Shown here one piece after another: positions 17,051 to 25,249 of a stretch of 50,992 nt of DNA; position 1 is the stretch's first letter; each line of letters opens with the position of its first letter. Both the position numbers and the translations under genes were made by a program. The notes below the pieces were generated by a model. It saw nothing but the letters and a program-made list of their open reading frames with translations, was not told the origin of the DNA and made no database searches. Source of the stretch: an uncultured Spartobacteria bacterium (GTDB taxonomy: Bacteria > Verrucomicrobiota > Verrucomicrobiia > Chthoniobacterales > Terrimicrobiaceae). The stretch covers positions 1-50,992 of the forward strand of contig CALCJD010000145.1 of assembly GCA_937960895.1 (NCBI GenBank), read 5' to 3'.

Positions 17051-17812
17051 ATGCAAACTCTTGGAAACCCCATGAATCTTCCCCGAATGGTGGCCGCGCT
17101 GGCAATTGCTTCCGGCCTCTTTTGCACCGCGTCCGCGCGCGCGGATGTGCTGCTTTTTGACGACTTCTCCGATGGCAACTATACGAGCAATCCGGCGTGG
17201 ACCGTGACGCAGGGCGAGTGGACCGTCAGCGATGATGCCGTGCACACCGCCGGCACGGCCGCGAACGCCTATCTGCGCACCCAGGATTTCACCGCCATCA
17301 CCAATGGAGCCTTCACCTTCACCCTGGATGTGAAGTTCTCCTCCTCCACGGTCACGGGCGACAACCGCTTTTACCTGCGGATGCGTGATTCCACGAACGG
17401 CTTTTCCGGCTATGAGCTGGCCATTGCCCAAGGAACCATGGCCAACACCAACATCAACCTGCTGGGAACCGCCACCATCGGTACGCAGACCAAAACCTCC
17501 TCTCCCTACACGTTTCCTCTCGACACCTATGTGACCATCACTTGGGAGCGTCTCGCCTCGGGGGCCATGACGGTGTACGTGGGCGATCAATTGTACATCA
17601 GCGTGGATGCCAGTTCGATCGCGAGGTTCGACACTCTCGAGATTGGCGGGCGTGTCGGCATTGGCAATCCGGTGACGACGATTTACCACTATTCCTTCAC
17701 CAACATAGAACTCAGCTCGGTGCCGGAACCGGGTTCGCTCGGACTGATGCTCGGCGGAGCGGGGGCCTTCCTGCTGGCGGCCACCCGTCGACGCCGCATG
17801 GGGAGGTGTTAA
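17051..17812 (+). CDS. Secreted DUF1080-like (3-keto-disaccharide-hydrolase-like / LamG beta-sandwich) protein with a C-terminal PEP-CTERM sorting signal
   Basis: Signal peptide (MVAALAIASGLFCTASARA). N-terminal LFDDFSDGNYTSNPAWTVTQGEWTVSDDAV, a DUF1080-like opening. C-terminus VPEPGSLGLMLGGAGAFLLAATRRRRMGRC, i.e. PEP motif plus TM plus basic tail. Confidence 0.75.
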   Translation: MQTLGNPMNLPRMVAALAIASGLFCTASARADVLLFDDFSDGNYTSNPAWTVTQGEWTVSDDAVHTAGTAANAYLRTQDFTAITNGAFTFTLDVKFSSSTVTGDNRFYLRMRDSTNGFSGYELAIAQGTMANTNINLLGTATIGTQTKTSSPYTFPLDTYVTITWERLASGAMTVYVGDQLYISVDASSIARFDTLEIGGRVGIGNPVTTIYHYSFTNIELSSVPEPGSLGLMLGGAGAFLLAATRRRRMGRC

Positions 17813-17839
17813 ATTGCTTCGCACGCGAGATCACCCCGG

Positions 17840-18508
17840 ATGATGAAAAGACCTTCCCTCTTCCTCCTGTCCCTTCTGGCCGCGCTGGCGCTTTCGCCGG
17901 CGGGGCATGGGGCCGGTGACGTCCTTTTTTCGGAGGATTTTTCCGGGGATCTCTCGAAATGGACTCCGCTGAAGGCGAGTGCGCCGTGGGAAATCTCGGA
18001 CGGGGCGGTGGTTTCGTCGGGAACGGTGATCTTTGACGTGCTGGAAACACGCAGTTTTGTCCCGATCACCGACGGGTCCTTTGACTTCCGGGTGGAAGTG
18101 AGGTTCGAGTCGGCCATGAAAAGCCCCAACAACCGCTTTTTCCTGCGCATGCGCGACAGTGAGTCGGGGAACCAAGGGTACGAGGTCGTGGTGGCGCAGG
18201 GAACCTCCGGCAACACGCTGATGACGGAGATCAAGGCGGAGAAATCCCTGAGCCAGACGCTGGAGTCGGAGCCGTTTGTTTTTCCGACGGATGACTTCGT
18301 GCCGATTCGCTGGGTGCGGGACAAGAAGGGTCGGCAGCAACTCTTCGTCGATGGGGTGCTTTACCTCCAGGCGGAAGGCGGCGCGCCCAGCAGCTTCAAC
18401 AAACTCGTCCTCGGCACGCGTTCCTACGTGGAGGCGGCGGGGGAAACGTCCCCGATGAGACATTATTTTCGCAACGTGGAACTGAAGGAAGGGCCCGACT
18501 CTCTTTGA
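17840..18508 (+). CDS. Secreted DUF1080-like protein; paralog of 17051..17812 without PEP-CTERM
   Basis: Signal peptide (LFLLSLLAALALSPAGHGA). Same opening motif (VLFSEDFSGDLSKWTPLKASAPWEISDGAV) and shared NRF(Y/F)LRMRDS...GYE(L/V)...AQGT block. The C-terminal RHYFRNVELKEG matches the DUF1080 terminal FRNI motif. Confidence 0.75.
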   Translation: MMKRPSLFLLSLLAALALSPAGHGAGDVLFSEDFSGDLSKWTPLKASAPWEISDGAVVSSGTVIFDVLETRSFVPITDGSFDFRVEVRFESAMKSPNNRFFLRMRDSESGNQGYEVVVAQGTSGNTLMTEIKAEKSLSQTLESEPFVFPTDDFVPIRWVRDKKGRQQLFVDGVLYLQAEGGAPSSFNKLVLGTRSYVEAAGETSPMRHYFRNVELKEGPDSL

Positions 18509-18540
18509 TCCCAATCCGCCGCCATGGTGGCTCCTGAAGA

Positions 18541-19242
18541 ATGATCCCCCCTCACTGCCGTTTTCGCACGCGATGCGCCGCAGCCTTCACCTTGGTTGAG
18601 ACCCTGGCCGTTGTTGCGGTCATTGCCGTCCTGGCGGCTCTGCTGGTGCCCACTGCGACAAAGCAAATCCGACGTGCGCAGGAGGCGGGTTGCCTGAACA
18701 ACCTGCGGCAAATCGGGGTGGCGACGGAGATGTTTCTGCAGGATCACGAGGGCTACATGCCTGACGTGAACTGGTGGGCGCAGGAGCTGCTGCCGTACGG
18801 GAACGAAACGGGCCGGGAGAAAAACATCTTCTGGTGTCCGGCGGCGACAAGGAAGGACGCCCCTTTGAATGCCAGTGGCAATCTGGGACGTTACGAGGAT
18901 GGCGCGATCATTCCCATCGCGTATGGGATCAACGGCAACTATCCGAGCAACAACGGACAGATCCTGGTGGGAAACCGCGGCACACGTGTGCCCGAACGTC
19001 GCAAGCTGACGGTGCCCGATCCACAGAAGACGGTGATTTTCCTCGATGGTGCGGGCGGTTTTGCAAACATCTTCTTCGACACCCCCGCTCGCATCTCGCG
19101 ACGCCACGCGCGGTCCGAGGATGCCAACCGCATGCAGGTGAATGCCCTTTTTGTCGACGGTCATGTTGCACCGCTCGACATGGAATACAGCACCGCGCCG
19201 CGCTCCCCCTGGCGGGCCACGTTTGACACCGTCTGGAAGTAG
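18541..19242 (+). CDS. Prepilin-type N-terminal cleavage/methylation domain protein (type IV pilin-like N-terminus; DUF1559-like C-terminus)
   Basis: N-terminal AAFTLVETLAVVAVIAVLAALLVP (class III signal / pilin-like helix). C-terminal ...NALFVDGHVAPLD, similar to the LF-DG-[SH]-V end of Planctomycetes/Verrucomicrobia DUF1559 proteins. Confidence 0.7.
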   Translation: MIPPHCRFRTRCAAAFTLVETLAVVAVIAVLAALLVPTATKQIRRAQEAGCLNNLRQIGVATEMFLQDHEGYMPDVNWWAQELLPYGNETGREKNIFWCPAATRKDAPLNASGNLGRYEDGAIIPIAYGINGNYPSNNGQILVGNRGTRVPERRKLTVPDPQKTVIFLDGAGGFANIFFDTPARISRRHARSEDANRMQVNALFVDGHVAPLDMEYSTAPRSPWRATFDTVWK

Positions 19243-19243
19243 T

Positions 19244-19260
19244 CCGGACGTCCGTTTTTT
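19244..19260 (+). terminator. 10-bp perfect palindrome CGGACGTCCG followed by TTTTTTG; weak candidate terminator or protein-binding site between the pilin-like gene and the GH gene
   Basis: Sequence agtagtCCGGACGTCCGttttttgaatcaggcATG. The stem is short (4-5 bp usable), so a factor-independent terminator is only marginal. Confidence 0.2.
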
Positions 19261-19269
19261 GAATCAGGC

Positions 19270-22089
19270 ATGAAAAAAACGATGTTCCTTTGTTGCGTCG
19301 TGCTGTCGGTTCTTCCGGCGTGCGACGCTCCCCACCGCAAGGCGGATCCGCGCGAGGTGAGGCAGATTCCGCCCGGGCCGTGGTTTCAGCCGGAGGAATA
19401 TCTCTGGGTTCTGCAAAAAGTGGACACCGGAGCCCGAAAAGGGATGTCCACGCCCTGGCGGACGACGGTGACGGACGGGCGCACCAAGGACATCGTGCTC
19501 GACTGGAAGGATCTCACGGACCGGACGGAGTGGAAACGGGCGAGCATCCAGATTTCGCGGGCGGCGGATGTCGAGCCGTTCTTCGGACGCGAATTCACCC
19601 ACGCCGGGGAGCCCGCCGTGCTGCCCCCGCTGCCCCGGGGGGGCTATTGGCTCACCGTGAAAACCTTCGGGGACGGACTGACCGGCTTTTACCGATTGTA
19701 TCTGAACGTGCTGGAGTCGCCGCTTGCCGGGAACGACTTACCGGACGCGCCGCTTGCCAGCCTGCGGGCGAGGGGCGGACAGGATGGAAACGTGGTGGTT
19801 TCGGGGTGGAATCCCTCCGTCGGGGAAGCCTCCCTGCGGGTGAAGGTCGGCACGGTGGAGGGGGATGCGGTGAGTGAAAAAAATGTGCCCCTTCCGACGG
19901 GCGGGAAGGAGGTGACGATTCCGGTGGACGAGGCACAGCCGGGAAGGACGCTGGTCGTGGGGGTCGAACTGACGAAAGACGGACGGGTGCTGGATCGGAC
20001 GGAAACCTGGCTGGCGGTGCCGGGAGATTATCCCGCCGCGCCGCAGTGGCCGACGGATGCGCCTCCGCAGAATGTCTTTGATTATCCGGCGGGCGAGACG
20101 GTTTCGAGCGCGGCCCCGTTCCAAGAACAACGGACCGGACTCGATGAACAACTGCGCACCATGGCGGAACGCGGCAGCGGGACCGTGCAGCTCTGGCTGC
20201 AGTGGGGCAAAATCGAACCGTTGGGCGGAGCGCGGGATTGGAGTAATCTGGATGCCTATGTGGCCTACCTGACCGAACGGAAGATCCCCTTCACCCTAGC
20301 CTCGATTGGCAGTGTACTCTTTGGCAACGGCCCGGAACGGGTGTGGGGCGAGTGGGCGATGAACGACCGGGGGGAATATGCACTCTGGCGCAAGCTGCCG
20401 ATGACAAGCCCCACGTCACCCACCTACCACCGGGAGGCGCCCGAATTCGTTCGGGCCGTCATCGAACGATACAAGGGAAATCCGTATCTGGCGGGTTATG
20501 TCACGCTGAACCAGGGACTCGACAGCGGAATCTTTCAGGACCAGCACGAAACGCTCATGGATTACTCGGCGTCGGCGCGGGAGTCCTTCCGGGGCTTTCT
20601 CAGGCAGCGTTACGGCACGCTCGACAAACTCAATGCCGCATGGGGTGTGGAGTGGAAACACTGGGACGATATCCTGCCGCCCCGTCCCGAGCTCGAGCGG
20701 GAAGTCAATCTGACCCCCGCCTGGAAGGACTGGACGGCCTGGAAGTTGCAGACCTACCGCGCCGTGTCGGTGGAGCTTTTTGAACCTCTCTTTGCCGAAT
20801 TGGACCCCGCCCGGCCCGTCGTGCATTACACGGCGAAGACCGGACCCTTTGAATATCTCTTTCCCGGCCTGAAGGTGCGCCAGTGGGCCACGGCGGATGG
20901 GGCGGGGGAGGACTACCGCATGGGCCGCATCAACGGCATCACGAAAAACTGGGGCCTGTGGCGCCAGACCGAGTCGCACGAGGTGCCTCCGGCCAATCTG
21001 CGCTACATGATGGACATGTGGGCGGCGGCCTTGCGCAATGGCGGCGGGTTGATCCGGTTCAACTTGGTCTTCAACTCCCAGCCCCGCCACTTCCTCACCG
21101 TCTATCCGCAAAATGAGGCCCTGAAAAAGACGATGGAATGGTGGGGCTCCACGGCCGCCCTGCGGGACAAGCTGGCGTCGTCTACGACCACGCCCCCGGA
21201 GACGGGGGTGGTCCTTTCCTGGGCGGACCAGCTTTACCGGAATCGGGTCTGGCGCTGGTACACACTGCCGGGGGACCGGGCCGATGCGATGACGCGGGAG
21301 CAGGGATTTCTTCCCGTGAAATGGTTGACGGAATGGACACCCGACGCGGCGTGGCAGGGCCTCAGGCGCGTATTGGTTCCCCAAGATGCGAGGGTGTGGG
21401 ATCCGGCCCTGCGGGAAAAGCTGGCCCGGTTTGTCCGGGAAGGCGGACATCTCATTCTCTGGGGACGCGCAGGACAATTCGCGGCCGATACGGGAACGGA
21501 TACCTTTGCGGGGCTCCGCGATTTGGGGGCACCGGAGCTTACGGTGATCCCGTTGCCCAATGCCCCGCTGCGGACGGTGCAATATGGGGGGGAACGTTTC
21601 TCCGTGGCACCGGCGGTATCCGTTGCCGGCGCTCCGGCCGGGGCGAGGATCACCGCCGATGGCGAGAATCGTCCGGTGGTGGTGGAGTGGCCCTTGGAAA
21701 AGGGCCGGGTGACCTGGTGTCTGTCGGAAACGGATGATGAATCGGAACGGTTGGTTGCCGCGGTCTTGAAGCAGGACGGGACCCCCCGCGAGGTGATCAC
21801 CACGGATGCCCGCGTCGACGGGTTCATGGTTGTTCAGGACGGGACGAGGTATGTGATTCTCAATCGCTATCTGGGTTTCGGCAAAAAGGCGGCGGATGTC
21901 CCCGCGAATACGACGGTGAAGCTGCCCGCATTGACCGGCGGCGGGGAATGGCTCGTGCGCCGTCTTGTGCCTGCGGCGGAGGAACAGAGATTCACCACCG
22001 AACAACTGGCGACAACCGGCTGGAAGGCCCAGCTTCTGCCCTCCGAGATGCAGGTCTACGAAATCGTGCCGGCCCCCGCGGGGCAATAG
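19270..22089 (+). CDS. Large lipoprotein with a GH42-like (beta-galactosidase-like TIM-barrel) glycoside hydrolase region; family assignment tentative
   Basis: Signal peptide with lipobox-like LPAC (MKKTMFLCCVVLSVLPAC). The central block QLWLQWGKIEPLGGARDWSNLDAYVAYLTERKIPFTLAS resembles the conserved W..EP.eG.ydF..LD motif of GH42. About 300-aa N-terminal extension. 939 aa. Confidence 0.65.
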   Translation: MKKTMFLCCVVLSVLPACDAPHRKADPREVRQIPPGPWFQPEEYLWVLQKVDTGARKGMSTPWRTTVTDGRTKDIVLDWKDLTDRTEWKRASIQISRAADVEPFFGREFTHAGEPAVLPPLPRGGYWLTVKTFGDGLTGFYRLYLNVLESPLAGNDLPDAPLASLRARGGQDGNVVVSGWNPSVGEASLRVKVGTVEGDAVSEKNVPLPTGGKEVTIPVDEAQPGRTLVVGVELTKDGRVLDRTETWLAVPGDYPAAPQWPTDAPPQNVFDYPAGETVSSAAPFQEQRTGLDEQLRTMAERGSGTVQLWLQWGKIEPLGGARDWSNLDAYVAYLTERKIPFTLASIGSVLFGNGPERVWGEWAMNDRGEYALWRKLPMTSPTSPTYHREAPEFVRAVIERYKGNPYLAGYVTLNQGLDSGIFQDQHETLMDYSASARESFRGFLRQRYGTLDKLNAAWGVEWKHWDDILPPRPELEREVNLTPAWKDWTAWKLQTYRAVSVELFEPLFAELDPARPVVHYTAKTGPFEYLFPGLKVRQWATADGAGEDYRMGRINGITKNWGLWRQTESHEVPPANLRYMMDMWAAALRNGGGLIRFNLVFNSQPRHFLTVYPQNEALKKTMEWWGSTAALRDKLASSTTTPPETGVVLSWADQLYRNRVWRWYTLPGDRADAMTREQGFLPVKWLTEWTPDAAWQGLRRVLVPQDARVWDPALREKLARFVREGGHLILWGRAGQFAADTGTDTFAGLRDLGAPELTVIPLPNAPLRTVQYGGERFSVAPAVSVAGAPAGARITADGENRPVVVEWPLEKGRVTWCLSETDDESERLVAAVLKQDGTPREVITTDARVDGFMVVQDGTRYVILNRYLGFGKKAADVPANTTVKLPALTGGGEWLVRRLVPAAEEQRFTTEQLATTGWKAQLLPSEMQVYEIVPAPAGQ

Positions 22090-22262
22090 GGTGCAGAATT
22101 CGCAGATACACCTTCTCCCGCCGCAGGATGTGCCTCGAACTCCTCATTCGTCCTGATTTCTTTAGAACGCGCCCCCGCGCGATCAGCCCGACCGGTGGCG
22201 AGCCCAAACGGAAGGCCTCCTTCCGGCGGTACCGATCCTTCCCGCATTCCTTTTTTTTGCAG

Positions 22263-22380
22263 ATGGAAAGTGGGAGGAGAGTTGAAAGCGCTGAGGCCAT
22301 TGCGGCGGTGCGTGGCGTGGAGGCGCTTTTTGTCGGTCCGACAGATTTGAAATTGAGCCTGCAGGCCGGTGACAGGAGGG
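22263..22380 (+). pseudogene. Remnant of an HpcH/HpaI-family aldolase (or citrate-lyase beta-like) gene: about 35 codons only
   Basis: The translated fragment ...ESAEAIAAVRGVEALFVGPTDLKLSLQAG... matches the conserved eaIAAv.GvDgiFiGP.DLs.sLG block of HpcH/HpaI aldolases. There is no full-length ORF: the surrounding frame is Arg-rich junk. It lies adjacent to a tRNA gene. Confidence 0.3.
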
Positions 22381-22395
22381 ATCGGCGGGTTGGCA

Positions 22396-22409
22396 ATTTT
22401 CCGGAAAAT
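22396..22409. repeat. Palindrome ATTTTCCGGAAAAT; copy 1 of 3 of a TTTCCGGAAA motif flanking tRNA-Leu
   Basis: Perfect 14-bp palindrome, followed by CCGG again (ccggaaaatccgg). Confidence 0.5.
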
Positions 22410-22462
22410 CCGGCCTCCCACTTCACCCGCGACCCGGTGATCGTTTGTTGATCCGGGAAAGA

Positions 22463-22550
22463 TGGTGCCGGCGGCGGGATTCGAACCCGCACTCTGGTTT
22501 CCCAAAAACGGATTTTAAGTCCGTTGCGTCTGCCATTTCGCCACGCCGGC
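22463..22550 (-). tRNA. tRNA-Leu (anticodon TAA), type II with a long variable arm and encoded CCA
   Basis: The reverse complement of 22463..22550 is GCCGGCGTGGCGAAATGGCAGACGCAACGGACTTAAAATCCGTTTTTGGGAAACCAGAGTGCGGGTTCGAATCCCGCCGCCGGCACCA. It has a 7-bp acceptor stem (GCCGGCG/CGCCGGC), a D-arm, an anticodon stem ACGGA/TCCGT with loop CTTAAAA (anticodon TAA), a long variable arm, a T-loop GGTTCGAATCC and a 3' CCA. Confidence 0.85.
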
Positions 22551-22556
22551 GGCGTG

Positions 22557-22567
22557 TTTTCCGGAAA
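22557..22567. repeat. Palindrome TTTTCCGGAAA; copy 2 of 3
   Basis: Sequence gtgTTTTCCGGAAAgggggg, immediately 5'-flanking the tRNA-Leu gene (which is on the minus strand). Confidence 0.5.
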
Positions 22568-22585
22568 GGGGGGATTTATCCACAG

Positions 22586-22595
22586 TTTCCGGAAA
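22586..22595. repeat. Palindrome TTTCCGGAAA; copy 3 of 3
   Basis: Sequence cagTTTCCGGAAAttggc, about 30 bp from copy 2, between the tRNA-Leu gene and the trpD stop. Confidence 0.5.
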
Positions 22596-22626
22596 TTGGC
22601 ACCGCTTTTTCGCGGCGGGGGCGGCG

Positions 22627-23643
22627 CTATTTCGACGTGCCGCTGAGCTTTTGCAGGGCGCGGAGGGGTTCGAGGGCGGCGCCGGAGGCGAGGGTTTCCG
22701 AGGCCAGGGCCAGGGCGTCGGAAACCGAGCCGGCCCGTCCGGCCACGACGAGGGCGCAGGCGGAATTGAGGGCGACGATGTCCCGTTTGGGTCCGCTCTG
22801 CCGTCCGGCCAGCAGGTCTTCCAGCAGTGCGGCGTTTTCGTCGGCGGTGCCGCCGAGAAGATCCTCACGGCGGGCGGCGGGGAGGCCGAGCTCCGAAGGG
22901 TCGAGGTGCCAGTTGCGGATGGCCCCATTTTCCACGCCATGGATCTCGGTCGGACCGAGGGTGGAAATTTCATCCAGGGCTCCGGCGCCGTGAACCGCCC
23001 AGGCGCGTTGCCGGCCCAGCAGCGAAAAGACTTCCGCGTAGGCGGGAAGGAGGGCCGGATTGAAGACGCCGGCGAGCTGAAAATCCGGCCGGGCCGGATT
23101 CAGGAGCGGTCCAAGCATGTTGAAGATGGACGAGGATCCCTGCTCCGCGAGCGCCTTGCGCACGGGGGCGACGGCTTTGAAGGTGGGGTGATGGTGCGGG
23201 GCGAAAAGGAATGTGCAGCCCGCGGCGTCGAGGGATTCGGCGGGAGGCAGGTCGAGGCGGACGCCCAGGGATTCGAGCACGTCCGCCCCGCCGCTTTTCG
23301 AGGTGATGCCGCGATTGCCGTGTTTGACCACCCGGGCTCCGCAGGCGGCGACCACAAACATGACCGCGGTCGAGACGTTGAACAAACCGGCGCGATCGCC
23401 TCCGGTGCCGCAGACATCGAGCAGTCCGGGTCCGAGGTCGGCGGGCACGGCCCGGGTGAGCAGCACCCGGACAAAGGCGGCGATTTCCTCCGGGGTTTCC
23501 CCCTTGCGGTGCAGGGCGAGAAGGAAGTCCGCGCGTTCCTCAAGGGAGCGGTTTTCGTCAAAAAGCGCGTCGCAGGCGACGGTGACGTCCTGCGCGGTGA
23601 GGGGAACGGCTTCTCGGAGTTTTTCAGTAAGAGTGGAAAGCAC
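22627..23643 (-). CDS. trpD: Anthranilate phosphoribosyltransferase
   Basis: 338 aa with characteristic motifs LDVCGTGGDRAGLFNVSTA, KHGNRGITSKSGGADVLE and the glycosyl-transferase family 3 fold. Confidence 0.9.
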   Translation of the reverse strand: MLSTLTEKLREAVPLTAQDVTVACDALFDENRSLEERADFLLALHRKGETPEEIAAFVRVLLTRAVPADLGPGLLDVCGTGGDRAGLFNVSTAVMFVVAACGARVVKHGNRGITSKSGGADVLESLGVRLDLPPAESLDAAGCTFLFAPHHHPTFKAVAPVRKALAEQGSSSIFNMLGPLLNPARPDFQLAGVFNPALLPAYAEVFSLLGRQRAWAVHGAGALDEISTLGPTEIHGVENGAIRNWHLDPSELGLPAARREDLLGGTADENAALLEDLLAGRQSGPKRDIVALNSACALVVAGRAGSVSDALALASETLASGAALEPLRALQKLSGTSK

Positions 23644-23645
23644 AG

Positions 23646-24527
23646 TCAGAGCAGAATGAGAATGATTGCACCAAAGAGCAAGAACGCGCCGATGAGACGC
23701 CGCGTCATCACGCCCGTGCCGGCCTCGACGTCACGCAGGCCGAGGAAATGGCCGCCGACCCAGGCCGCCGCGACGCTCCAGACCGTGCGCGAGCTGTACA
23801 CCACGTTGGCCAGGGTGGCGTCCCGGGTCCAGACCAGCGCAAAGAAGAAAAAGACGATCTGCACTCCGTAAAGGGCGGCGCCGAGAATGAGAAAGGTTCG
23901 GGTTCCCGCCGGCGGACGGAAGGCGGTGCGATCCTGAAAGCCGTAAAAAATCACCGAAACCAAACCCGCGGCGCCGAACATGACCGGAGGGAAGGCCGCG
24001 GCGTCAATCCGGTCCCCCCAATACGGGATGAGGACGTCGACCAGGGAGTAGCAGGCGGCGCCGCCCAGGGAGCAGATGACGGTGAAGCCGACGGCCCGGC
24101 TCCGGATGTGCCGGCCGCCGGCGATGAGGGCGACGGAAACCGACGCCGCCAGGGCGGCAATCCACCAGCGGAGACTGACCGGAACCGCCAGGAAGATCGC
24201 GTTCATCGCGGTGACAAACAGGATCTTCGTTCCCAGCAGCGGTGTGGCCAGGGAGACGTCCCCGTGGCTGAGGGCGGCAAAGGTGAGGACCTGACCTGCG
24301 AAAAAAATCACGCTGCACAGCAGGGGCTGCCACAGCGGGGCGTTCGGGATGTCCGGCCGGTCGAGCAGCCAGAGCGACTGCACGATGAGGGCCATGGAGA
24401 CATTGACCGCCGTATTGACCTGGGCCGCGGTGGCGCCGCGTTCCAGGGCGCCTTTCAGAAAAAGCGATGCCGCGGTGTACACGAACGCCGCAAGCAGGGC
24501 GATGATTGCGCCGTGAAAAACCGTCAC
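23646..24527 (-). CDS. EamA/DMT-family transporter (10 TM helices)
   Basis: 293 aa, highly hydrophobic, with two EamA-like halves. The stop lies 2 nt before the trpD start. Confidence 0.8.
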   Translation of the reverse strand: MTVFHGAIIALLAAFVYTAASLFLKGALERGATAAQVNTAVNVSMALIVQSLWLLDRPDIPNAPLWQPLLCSVIFFAGQVLTFAALSHGDVSLATPLLGTKILFVTAMNAIFLAVPVSLRWWIAALAASVSVALIAGGRHIRSRAVGFTVICSLGGAACYSLVDVLIPYWGDRIDAAAFPPVMFGAAGLVSVIFYGFQDRTAFRPPAGTRTFLILGAALYGVQIVFFFFALVWTRDATLANVVYSSRTVWSVAAAWVGGHFLGLRDVEAGTGVMTRRLIGAFLLFGAIILILL

Positions 24528-24528
24528 C

Positions 24529-25200
24529 TCACGCGCGCTTCAGAAGATCACGCAAGTCGGGGGCGCTCCATTGTCCCCGCACCTGGGGTTCGGCCAGCCA
24601 GCCGTAGTTCAACACCGAACCGGCCCGGGCAAAAAGCAACCGGGAGGCGCGACCCAGGGTGCCCATTCCCATCACGGCCAGCGGGGCTGGGGAACCGTCA
24701 AGGAGGGTCAGCAGCCGGGCGACGGAGCCGGGGGATTCCGTCACCGTGGCGATTTTCACCACGTCGGCGCCTCCCTTTCGCGCCCGGGTGACCCAGGCTT
24801 TCAGGCGTGCGGAGGTGGGGGTTCCCTCAAAGTCATGATAGGACACAATGACGGTCTTGCGGGCCTTCCGGGCCGCCTCCACCAGGCCGCCGAAAGCCGC
24901 GAGTGAGCGGCCCTCGATGTCCACGGCGGCGGCCGACGGCAGAAGTTCCAGATAGAGGGCAAGACGCTCGGAGTCGGACAAAGGGCGCGCCCCCCCTTCA
25001 TCATGGCGCCGAACGGTGAGGATGGCGGGCAGGGGCAGGGCGGCAATCTGCCCGGGTGAGGGCGGCTGGGGCAGCATGTCGGCCCGCACTTCGACGGCGT
25101 CGAGAGGGGTTCGGCGGGCGGCGGCGAAACCGGTGGTGGTGTGGATGACGCCCACGACATTCGGGCGGTTAAGAAGAATTCGCCTTTGCTTTTTGCGCAT
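24529..25200 (-). CDS. aroD: 3-dehydroquinate dehydratase, type I
   Basis: VVGVIHTTTG...AVEVRADML... and SYHDFEGTP are the type I DHQase signatures. The catalytic Lys lies in the GADVVKIAT region. Confidence 0.8.
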   Translation of the reverse strand: MRKKQRRILLNRPNVVGVIHTTTGFAAARRTPLDAVEVRADMLPQPPSPGQIAALPLPAILTVRRHDEGGARPLSDSERLALYLELLPSAAAVDIEGRSLAAFGGLVEAARKARKTVIVSYHDFEGTPTSARLKAWVTRARKGGADVVKIATVTESPGSVARLLTLLDGSPAPLAVMGMGTLGRASRLLFARAGSVLNYGWLAEPQVRGQWSAPDLRDLLKRA

Positions 25201-25249
25201 ATCCGACCAAAAACTAGAAGATTGTCTGCCGCAAGGCGAGAGCTGACAT

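Noticed and set aside
20416-22086. 556-aa minus-strand ORF
   Set aside because: Antisense of the GH42-like gene. Pro/Arg/Gly-rich.
22212-22258. GGAAGGCCTCCTTCC hairpin plus a T8 run considered as the terminator of the GH42-like gene
   Set aside because: The hairpin and the T-tract are about 25 nt apart, and the hairpin lies 120 bp from the stop. This is not a canonical intrinsic terminator.
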